Source of the DNA: an uncultured bacterium
Lineage (GTDB): Bacteria; Omnitrophota; Omnitrophia; Omnitrophales; Aquincolibacteriaceae
Assembly (NCBI GenBank): GCA_964434115.1
Contig: CAYSSX010000003.1
Location: 204,554 to 268,553 of the forward strand
DNA length: 64,000 nucleotides
Direction: 5' to 3'
The position numbers and the translations under genes are program-made. The notes under the pieces were generated by a model. The model worked only from the letters and a program-made list of their open reading frames with translations. It ran no database searches and was not told where the DNA came from. Below are positions 10,128 through 17,548 of the stretch, piece by piece (positions within the stretch are counted from its first letter, which is position 1; every line of letters starts with the position of its first letter).

Positions 10128-10642
10128 GCGATACTCCCCCGGTCGGTTTTGCTGAAATTTTCAAACACTTTATTGAGTATAAAGACCTTCTGAAAGTGAT
10201 TACCGTGGCCTCCTGCGATGAGAAGGGAAATCCCAACTCAGCACCGAAGCTCCTGGTGGATGCGGTTCCGCCGAACCATGTTTATTTTCTGGACTACCGC
10301 TACAACCGGACTTATAAAAATCTGGAGGCCAATGAACGGCTCTCCCTTTCCTTTATGGATGAAAGGGCGTTTCAGGGGTACCGGCTTACGGGGATCTGCC
10401 GTCCGCTGACGAATGAAGGAGAGCTTGGCAAGGCTCGGGCCACCTGGGAAAAGCGTGTGGAGCGCTATGTTGTGGACCGGATTGTGGAACGCATTAAAGG
10501 GCACTACTCGGCGCGTGCGGCAGAAGGGGATTTGCCGCAGGATTTTGTGATCATGGATTTCTGCGCAGCGGAAGCCGCGGTAGTTAAACCCGACCGGGTA
10601 TTGCTGGCGCAATACAATATTATGGGACATCCTGAAGCCTAG
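10094..10642 (+). CDS. pyridoxamine-5'-phosphate-oxidase-like (PNPOx/flavin-binding split-barrel) family protein
   Basis: The 182-aa ORF has weak split-barrel FMN-binding-like similarity (low-certainty family call). The start could instead be the GTG at 10124, which would form a GTGA overlap with the EVE gene stop. Confidence 0.55.
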   Translation: MEHYSGKVSNVSDTPPVGFAEIFKHFIEYKDLLKVITVASCDEKGNPNSAPKLLVDAVPPNHVYFLDYRYNRTYKNLEANERLSLSFMDERAFQGYRLTGICRPLTNEGELGKARATWEKRVERYVVDRIVERIKGHYSARAAEGDLPQDFVIMDFCAAEAAVVKPDRVLLAQYNIMGHPEA

Positions 10643-10857
10643 GCTTTTTCCGCGGCCACTTCAAAAGTTTTATTTTCAAAACTGACCTGGTCACCCTGCC
10701 GGAGTTTAAGGGAACGCCGGGTTTCTTTCTGGCCATTCACAAGGACAAGCCCGGAAGTGATGATTTGTTTGGCGTGACCGCCGGATTCTGCGGCTCCTGA
10801 GAGTTTTAAAAATTGCTGCAATTCGATTTCACTGCCCCGGATAGAAACAGAGATCAC
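10639..10857 (-). CDS. S4-domain RNA-binding protein (YbcJ-like, ribosome-associated)
   Basis: 'ISVSIRGSEIELQQFLKLSGAAESGGHAKQIITSGLVLVNGQKETRRSLKLRQGDQVSF' matches the S4 domain. The GTG start at 10857 is preceded by a perfect AAGGAGG SD. The ORF-track extension to 10959 is non-coding. Confidence 0.7.
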   Translation of the reverse strand: MISVSIRGSEIELQQFLKLSGAAESGGHAKQIITSGLVLVNGQKETRRSLKLRQGDQVSFENKTFEVAAEKA

Positions 10858-10957
10858 GTAAGCCTCCTTTAAGATGATGGGGAATATTTTAGCAGGGAAG
10901 TTTGAGGCCCTTGAAAAAATCTTCCCAACCGGAGAAAAATTCCCTAACATGCCGTCC

Positions 10958-11644
10958 ATGAAAAAAGTGTTTTGGGTGTTCGTGGCGTTTATGACAGCAA
11001 TGGCGGGGCAAGGAAACGCGATGCCGGATCAAGCGGCTCCAAAAGTGATTGTTGCATTGGGCGATTCCACGACCGCCGGCACGCCCGGTTTTTCCTCGCC
11101 GCGGGAGGCGCCGCCAGAGGGGAAGGGGAACCCGGAAAGTCAGTATGCTTTCTGGATCATGAAAAAACACCCGGAGTGGAACATTTTGAACCGCGGTGTC
11201 CGCGGCCAGCGGTCGGATCAGATTTTGGCCCGTTTTGAGTATGATGTCCTCCGTTTTAACCCCGAAGCGGTTGTTATTCTCGCCGGTGTAAATGATCTCC
11301 ATCAGGGACGGACGGTTTTAGAAACGCAGGCATCACTCGAGAAGCTTTATGCCAGGGCATCTGAGGCAAAGCTGAAAACCCTTCTTTGCACGATTCTTCC
11401 CTATGATTTGTCGACCCCTGAAGTTGCCGAGAGAATCCGTGCCGTTAATGTGTGGATTGAGGCGTACGCCAAAAAGCACGGGTTTTTATTCTGTGATACC
11501 TACAAGTCGGTCGTCGACCCCAACCGTCCCGGAAAACTGATCGAATCTCCGGACCGTATTCACCCGGGCGTTGAAGGTTACCGCCGTATGGCGGAAGCCC
11601 TTCTGCCTGCTCTCGAGGAGCTCTTTAAAGAAGGGAAGTCTTAA
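10958..11644 (+). CDS. secreted SGNH/GDSL-family hydrolase (paralog of 3676–4317)
   Basis: The signal peptide is 'MKKVFWVFVAFMTAMAGQGNA'. The hydrolase motifs are 'VIVALGDSTTAG', 'LAGVNDL' and 'DRIHPG'. The start is placed at the second in-frame Met because the 10874 start would leave no divergent promoter space. Confidence 0.7.
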   Translation: MKKVFWVFVAFMTAMAGQGNAMPDQAAPKVIVALGDSTTAGTPGFSSPREAPPEGKGNPESQYAFWIMKKHPEWNILNRGVRGQRSDQILARFEYDVLRFNPEAVVILAGVNDLHQGRTVLETQASLEKLYARASEAKLKTLLCTILPYDLSTPEVAERIRAVNVWIEAYAKKHGFLFCDTYKSVVDPNRPGKLIESPDRIHPGVEGYRRMAEALLPALEELFKEGKS

Positions 11645-12550
11645 ATGCCTGTGGTCGGACAGCCTCTCCAGAACGTGATCGGGATCGTGTATGACTTTGA
11701 CGGCACGCTGTCGCCCAACAATATGCAGGAAGACACCATTTTCCCTGCCTATGGCATCAATAAGGATGACATCTGGAAAAAAGCCGACGTCCTGGTTCGT
11801 GAGCACGGCTATGAGCGGACTCTGGCTTACCTGAAACTGCTGATCCATGACCCGGTTTTTAAAGAAAAACCCCTGAAACGGGAGCAATTGAAGAAATTAG
11901 CCCGCAACATCCAGTATTTCGCGGGTGTGAAGACCTACTTTTCCAATCTGAACCGGTTTCTGGCCAAGATTGAGGAGGTAGAACGCTGGGGGATCAAGGT
12001 CGAGCACTACATTATCTCAAGCGGGATGAAGGAGATTCTCGAAGGCAGCGACATTTACCCTCATTTCAAGCGTGTTTATGCCTGCGAATATGAGTACGGG
12101 GAGCACGGACCGGTTTTCCCCAAGCTGGTCATCAACGATACGAACAAGACCCAGTTTCTTTTCCGTATCAGCAAGGGCAAGCTGGACCTGACTGAGGACA
12201 TCAACTCCCATATGCCCGCCAGGGACCGTCCGATTCCGTTCCGGAACATGATCTATATAGGGGACAGTATGACGGATATCCCCTCTATGACGGTCATGCA
12301 GCGTTCCGGAGGCCACTCGATCGCGGTCTTTAACAAGGATAAAGACGTTCCTGAGAGCGTTAAAGCGATTGTGCGGGACGGCCGAGCGGACCATTTTGCA
12401 CCCGCGGACTACAGTCCCGACTCGCTTTTGATCAAAATCCTGCATACGACGCTGAAAAGGATCATTTACCAGATGGCGTACGATTGTTCGGCGCAATGGT
12501 CGCGTGAGTGGGTGCAGAAAAACTCGCTAACGGAAAAAAAATCAAAATAA
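11645..12550 (+). CDS. HAD-superfamily hydrolase
   Basis: Motif I is 'IVYDFDGTLSP' and motif IV is 'YIGDSMTDIPSM'. Confidence 0.7.
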   Translation: MPVVGQPLQNVIGIVYDFDGTLSPNNMQEDTIFPAYGINKDDIWKKADVLVREHGYERTLAYLKLLIHDPVFKEKPLKREQLKKLARNIQYFAGVKTYFSNLNRFLAKIEEVERWGIKVEHYIISSGMKEILEGSDIYPHFKRVYACEYEYGEHGPVFPKLVINDTNKTQFLFRISKGKLDLTEDINSHMPARDRPIPFRNMIYIGDSMTDIPSMTVMQRSGGHSIAVFNKDKDVPESVKAIVRDGRADHFAPADYSPDSLLIKILHTTLKRIIYQMAYDCSAQWSREWVQKNSLTEKKSK

Positions 12551-12653
12551 TTGTTCTCGCCTATTGACTTGTCAGCCGCCTTGGAGAAAATAGGGGCATC
12601 TTTCCCACACGAAATTTTTGGTTCACATTTCTTTTCACCAACCAGGAAAAAAA

Positions 12654-13388
12654 ATGAGCAAAATCGCTGACGCCCTGAACAACATTCAGAAGAATCAGGA
12701 AAATTCCAGACAACAGTCCTCTTCCGTTTTTGTCCAAGCTGTGGATGAGAAACTTCGTCCGCGTTCCCGCTATGAAGCCGTGGCCTCGGTGATGATGGTG
12801 CTGCGTCCGCTTATTCTTCTGGCCAGTGTTGCCGTGGTCCTTGTGGTTTTTTCTTACGGTGTCCGTCAGGGAATGAAAATTGAAAAAGCGATTGCGGACA
12901 CAACGGATTCAGCTGCTGATTCTGCGGCCGTGAATCCCGCAGCGTCAGAACCCGAGTATTACCTCGCAGACGCGCCGGCGGAGGATGCTCGTCCCGTGGA
13001 TGCGCCCGCGCTTTCAGAGACTTCCGGCGTTACGGTGCAGCCGGTCACTCAAATCGAAGCGCCTCAGGCAGAGGCCGCTGTCCAGTCTGCTTTGATTGAG
13101 CCGATCAAAGAAGCCGCGGAAGATACCCCTCCCGCGCCTGCTGCCGAAGAGGGAAAGTTTACCCTTCAATTGATTACTTATGTGGGGCAGCCCCGCGCCT
13201 CTGAAGAAGTTGAGAAATTAAAAAAGCAGGGTTATAACGCTTTCGTGATTCCGAGCGGAAAACACCACCAGGTTTGCATCAATCGTTTTCAGACCAAGGA
13301 ATTGGCCAACGATTTTCTTGCAAAGGCGCGCAAAGACGGTCTCATGAAGACCTATCCCGGCGCGTATGTCCGCGCTGCCAATTCCTGA
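12654..13388 (+). CDS. SPOR-domain (septal peptidoglycan-binding) membrane protein
   Basis: It has one TM helix, a low-complexity linker and a C-terminal SPOR-like fold ('FTLQLITYVGQPRASEEVEKLKKQGYNAFVI...HQVCINRFQTKELANDFLAKAR'). The ATG at 12654 is preferred over the upstream TTG. Confidence 0.65.
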   Translation: MSKIADALNNIQKNQENSRQQSSSVFVQAVDEKLRPRSRYEAVASVMMVLRPLILLASVAVVLVVFSYGVRQGMKIEKAIADTTDSAADSAAVNPAASEPEYYLADAPAEDARPVDAPALSETSGVTVQPVTQIEAPQAEAAVQSALIEPIKEAAEDTPPAPAAEEGKFTLQLITYVGQPRASEEVEKLKKQGYNAFVIPSGKHHQVCINRFQTKELANDFLAKARKDGLMKTYPGAYVRAANS

Positions 13389-13391
13389 TCC

Positions 13392-15215
13392 ATGAAAAAA
13401 ATTCTTTTTGTTCTCCTTGCGCTCTTCATCCTCACTCTCGCGGGGATGATTTTTTTTGTTGCCACTTTTGATGCCGACCGCTACCGCCCCTTTCTTCAAA
13501 AAGAAGCCCAGAAAATTCTAGGCCAGCAGGTTGAGATTGGAAAAATTTCCCTTGGCTGGCGCTCAGGCCCCGCGCTTGAGGTGAAGGGTTTTTCCGTGGC
13601 TTCAGACAACCCCTCTGAAAAACCGATTCTCGCGGCGGAACTTTTAGGCGCACAGATGGATTGGGCGCCGCTTCTCCAGGGACGGATTGAAGTGTCCTCC
13701 ATTTTTGTCAATAAACCCCGCCTTCACTTGATCCGGCGTTCCGACGGCAGTATCAAAATTTTCGAAAATGCGGGAACGTCTGATGCTTCAGGCGGACCCG
13801 CGGCAGCGCTTTCTCTTCTTATTGAATCGGTCCATATCCGCGACGGAGAGATTTCTTTCCGTGACCAGAGTTTGCCCGGCGGTGAGGAGCTTGTGCTTCG
13901 TGATCTGGATATCAAGCTTACCGATGTGTCTCTTGGAAGGCCTGTTCCTTTGGAGGCCAAGGCGTCACTCTTAAGCCCCGTGCAAAATCTCCGCTTGAGC
14001 GGAGAGGTTCAGTATTTTGTAAACGAGCAGGCGCTGGGGCTTCAGAATTTCCGGTTGGAAACGGATTTACGCGATCTTGAAGCTGCCGAAATCGCGCGGG
14101 TTTATCCAGACGCCAGAAAATCCCTTGCCGGCATGTCGTGGCAGGGACAGCTCTCGGCGGTTTTGGATGCGCTTAAGCTGTCCGCAGAGCAGCCGCCCGA
14201 GCCGCGCATTAAAGTGAGTCTGAGGCAGGGTGAGCTTCGACTTCCCGGCGCCGCTCCCCTTCAGAATTTAGATGCCGGTGTTGTGGCCACCTCACGCGAC
14301 ATTTTGCTGGAAGGGTTTTCAGCGGATTTTGCGGGAGGACGTATCGGCGGTTCCGGGGAACTGAAACTCATGAAGCCTGAACCTCAAGGTTCTTTTAAGG
14401 CCGTGGTTTCAGGAGTTGATCTTGAACGTCTGGCCCCGGCTTCTCAGGGAGAGCCCCAGCCTTCAGGCCTTTTGACCCTTAACATCAAAGGAGATTTTTG
14501 GGGGACCGACCCCGTGCGTCTTCAGCAGACGCTTTCCGGCCAAGGTGAGATCCTTATCAAGGACGGTAAAATCCGGAATTTGAATGTGATCCGCGAAATC
14601 ATGCAAAAGCTTTCGATTGTGCCTGGGCTGGTGAAGCGCCTGCAGGAACGCCTTCCCGCGTCCTATCAGGAAAAGCTGGAACGCCGGGATACTTTGTTTG
14701 CCCCAATTCAAATTCCTTTTGTTTTGGCATCAGGAAGAATTAATTTCCCCGAAATTCAAATTTTTTCCGAGAGTTTTGCGATCACAGGAAATGCGCAGTT
14801 TGACTTGGCGAAAAATTACTTAACGGCGCCCATGACGCTTGTGATGGATCCTGATCTTTCAGCCGCCTTTATCCGCAGTGTTGAAGAACTTCAATACCTG
14901 ACGGACCGGGACGGAAGGCTTGCCGTGCCTTTTCTTGCGCAGGGCGTTGCTCCGGATATCCGGGTTCAGCCGGACATTCCATACATCACGTCGCGTTTGG
15001 CGGTTGCGAAAACGCAGGAAGTTCTGAGCGGTCTTTTTGAAAAGAAACGCAGCGCATCAACGGGGCAGACGCCGCAGGATACTCCCGTGCAGGAAGGAAC
15101 TTCCAAGCCGGCGGCGCAGGAACCCGCACAGATGCTTTTTGGACAGCTTTTACAAAACGTGCTGGGGGGCGGGGAAACCGCTGACTCTGCCCAGCAAGGA
15201 ACATCAAACCGGTAG
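13392..15215 (+). CDS. AsmA-family outer-membrane biogenesis protein
   Basis: An N-terminal signal-anchor is followed by 'ATFDADRYRPFLQKEAQKILGQQVEIGKISLGW', typical of the AsmA N-terminal domain. The length is 607 aa. Confidence 0.75.
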   Translation: MKKILFVLLALFILTLAGMIFFVATFDADRYRPFLQKEAQKILGQQVEIGKISLGWRSGPALEVKGFSVASDNPSEKPILAAELLGAQMDWAPLLQGRIEVSSIFVNKPRLHLIRRSDGSIKIFENAGTSDASGGPAAALSLLIESVHIRDGEISFRDQSLPGGEELVLRDLDIKLTDVSLGRPVPLEAKASLLSPVQNLRLSGEVQYFVNEQALGLQNFRLETDLRDLEAAEIARVYPDARKSLAGMSWQGQLSAVLDALKLSAEQPPEPRIKVSLRQGELRLPGAAPLQNLDAGVVATSRDILLEGFSADFAGGRIGGSGELKLMKPEPQGSFKAVVSGVDLERLAPASQGEPQPSGLLTLNIKGDFWGTDPVRLQQTLSGQGEILIKDGKIRNLNVIREIMQKLSIVPGLVKRLQERLPASYQEKLERRDTLFAPIQIPFVLASGRINFPEIQIFSESFAITGNAQFDLAKNYLTAPMTLVMDPDLSAAFIRSVEELQYLTDRDGRLAVPFLAQGVAPDIRVQPDIPYITSRLAVAKTQEVLSGLFEKKRSASTGQTPQDTPVQEGTSKPAAQEPAQMLFGQLLQNVLGGGETADSAQQGTSNR

Positions 15216-15257
15216 CCGGTTCGGTTATCCCTCCTCGATCCGGCTTTGACCCTCATC

Positions 15258-16682
15258 ATGGCCAACGAAAAACAACGGATCACCCCCACCGCCTTGACGC
15301 GAAGTGCGGGCTGTCTTCACTCCTTTTACCTTGATTGCTTTGCAGACCGCTCTTCCCGGCGAAAGGAAAGCTCTGCGGAGCGGCATGTTAAGGAACTTGG
15401 GATCGCGCTTCAGGAGCGCTTGGTCGCGGGCATGCCGGGTCTTGTCGGAAATAAAACGGACTACGCGTCTCTTGAAGAAGGCGCTCAGCTCACGCGTGCC
15501 TGGATGGAGCAGGGTGTGCCCTGGATTTATCAGGGTGTTTTGTTAAGTGATCAAATGTCAGGCATTCCGGATCTTTTAATGAAGGTCCCGGGAAAGTCCA
15601 GCCTCGGGGATTTTTCATACGTCCCCGGCGAAGTCAAAAGCCATAAGGTTCCGACCTTCTACGATAAACTCCAGCTTTTCCACTATGCCTGCCTTCTTGA
15701 GCCTGTGCTGGGTTTTCGTCCTGAAACCGGATTTGTTCTGGCGGGAAGTCTTGGAAAACGTTACGAAGTCCGCCTGGAAGGGCGTTTAGAACGCCAGTTT
15801 TTTGAAATCTTCCGTCAGATGCAATGCGTTCAAAAAGGGGAAATGAAGACCGAGGCGTTTCGCTGCTCCTCGTGCAGCCGCTGCCTTTGGTCGAGCCGCT
15901 GTCAGGAAGAGTGGAAACAGACGGATCATATATCCCTTATTTCCGGACTCAGCGCCGTGATGGCCCGTAAGCTGTCGGATGCCGGAATCAAAACGTGTTC
16001 TCAAATGACCGATGCCTCCACGGGCTGGATGTCGGAACTGCTCGACGTGCCTGAAAAAGTCTGCGGCCGCTTTGTGCATGCCGCGAGGGCCCGTTCGGAG
16101 AATCGGCCGATTATCCTAAAAAAACCGGTCTTTCCCCGCGGCAAGACGCTTTATTTTTATGACATTGAAACCAATGACGACCAGGTGTTCTGCCACGGAA
16201 TTATCCGTATGAAAGACGGGGAGCGCGAGGAGCGTTGTTTCTTCGCGGAAACCCCCGAGGATGAAGCCCGTATCTGGCATGATCTTCTGGATTATCTCGC
16301 GGTGGATGAAGACCTTGTGGTTTATTGCTGGACACTCTATGAAAGAACGTATGTGGATATCTGCTGGAAAAAATTCGGCGGAAACCGTAAAGGGTATGAC
16401 AACCTGAACCGGCACCTGGTGGATCAATGTGCTTTTGTCCGGGACCATTTTGCGCTTCCCTGCAGGGGGTATTCCATTAAAGCGGTGGCGCCATTTTTTG
16501 GATTTCAATGGACATCTGAAGAGGCGAGCGGCATGAATTGCGTGGCCTGGTACCGGGGATGGCTTGAAACGCAGAGTCTGGAACTCCGGGAAAAAATCGT
16601 TCAGTACAACCTGGATGACGTCCGCGCCATGGCCGTTGTGGATCAGCACCTAAAGGTTCTTACGGATCAAAGCGCCGTCTAA
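15258..16682 (+). CDS. TM0106-family RecB-like nuclease: Cas4-like PD-(D/E)xK domain with a 4-Cys cluster plus a C-terminal RNase-H-like exonuclease domain
   Basis: The nuclease-domain motifs are 'GIPDLL', 'GEVKSHK' (ExK), 'QLFHY' (QhxxY) and 'CSSCSRCLWSSRC', plus an N-terminal Cys. The C-terminal 'LYFYDIETN' is the RNase-H-fold catalytic motif. Confidence 0.65.
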   Translation: MANEKQRITPTALTRSAGCLHSFYLDCFADRSSRRKESSAERHVKELGIALQERLVAGMPGLVGNKTDYASLEEGAQLTRAWMEQGVPWIYQGVLLSDQMSGIPDLLMKVPGKSSLGDFSYVPGEVKSHKVPTFYDKLQLFHYACLLEPVLGFRPETGFVLAGSLGKRYEVRLEGRLERQFFEIFRQMQCVQKGEMKTEAFRCSSCSRCLWSSRCQEEWKQTDHISLISGLSAVMARKLSDAGIKTCSQMTDASTGWMSELLDVPEKVCGRFVHAARARSENRPIILKKPVFPRGKTLYFYDIETNDDQVFCHGIIRMKDGEREERCFFAETPEDEARIWHDLLDYLAVDEDLVVYCWTLYERTYVDICWKKFGGNRKGYDNLNRHLVDQCAFVRDHFALPCRGYSIKAVAPFFGFQWTSEEASGMNCVAWYRGWLETQSLELREKIVQYNLDDVRAMAVVDQHLKVLTDQSAV

Positions 16683-17398
16683 AATTTTTCAATCCACACG
16701 GCATTGCCGTATTGCTCTTGAACCAGCTTGTCGATCTTCTCCCGGGGAATCTCGTGAAAGGGTTCTTCGGCGCCCCAGGCTTCCTGAAGGGTTTTTTTGA
16801 AAGTCTCGCGGTCAAGCCCGGCGTTCCCCACAAACTCAGTATGTTTTCTGTTTTTGCGGTAATCGGGCTGAAGCGAGGGCATCAAAAGCGCTTTCTCAAT
16901 AAGAGCTTTATCAAAATCAATCAGAAAAGTTCCATGAAAAAGCAGGAAATGGCGTTTGCGGCGCTGGGCATTTCCTGAGAATTTGACAGTGCCTTCAGTA
17001 AGGTCCGTATACCCTTGAACCGTGAATGATTTACCCGACGCCTTGGATAAGGCCTCCGCGTGGCGCTGCATGATAAAGGCGTTGGTCCGGGTAATGCTTT
17101 CTAGGACCGGGTTGCTGCGGATATCCAGAATTAAGGCATAATTGAGGCATCCGGGGCCTTGAAGAACGGTCCCCCCGCCGCTTGAACGGCGTAAAACCGG
17201 GATCCCTGCCCCCCGACAATAAGGAAGATTTACTTCCCGGTGGATTTTGTTAGAATATCCCGTCACTACAAAGTGGCGGGAAAACTCCCAAAACCTCAGA
17301 ATTTCATGAGGATACCCCTCTTCGCAAAGGTCCAGTAAGGCCTCATCGAAGGCAAGATTCTGCTCAGGGGTGGGTAAAGTCAGGTCGATTTGCTGCAT
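16679..17398 (-). CDS. lipoate-protein ligase / octanoyltransferase family protein (BPL_LplA_LipB catalytic domain only)
   Basis: The 239-aa ORF matches the LplA/LipB catalytic fold ('RRSSGGGTVLQGPGCLNYALIL'...'KFSGNAQRR'). It is divergent from the PDH operon and overlaps the preceding gene tail by 4 nt. Confidence 0.75.
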   Translation of the reverse strand: MQQIDLTLPTPEQNLAFDEALLDLCEEGYPHEILRFWEFSRHFVVTGYSNKIHREVNLPYCRGAGIPVLRRSSGGGTVLQGPGCLNYALILDIRSNPVLESITRTNAFIMQRHAEALSKASGKSFTVQGYTDLTEGTVKFSGNAQRRKRHFLLFHGTFLIDFDKALIEKALLMPSLQPDYRKNRKHTEFVGNAGLDRETFKKTLQEAWGAEEPFHEIPREKIDKLVQEQYGNAVWIEKF

Positions 17399-17548
17399 GG
17401 AAGGGCATTATAGCCTATTTGCCAGCGCCATGCTTTTGCTCTGTTTAGAGGCGGCTAAAAGCCGGCCGATTTGACAGGAATGAGATAATAACTGCTTTAA
17501 AACCCCAAGCGGGCCTATCGTCCAAACTGAACTTATCAATTTCATAAA

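Noticed and set aside
10858-10959. The 5' extension of the − strand S4-protein ORF, and the 10874 start of the + strand SGNH hydrolase
   Set aside because: A GTG with a perfect AAGGAGG SD at 10857 gives a 72-aa S4 protein of normal size. Using both long starts would leave the divergent genes overlapping with no promoter space. The hydrolase signal peptide begins at the Met at 10958.
17399-17548. PdhR-type operator or promoter call for the PDH operon
   Set aside because: A TTGACA hexamer is present at about 17469, but I could not pair it with a convincing −10 at proper spacing, and no pdhR gene is present. The evidence is too weak to annotate.
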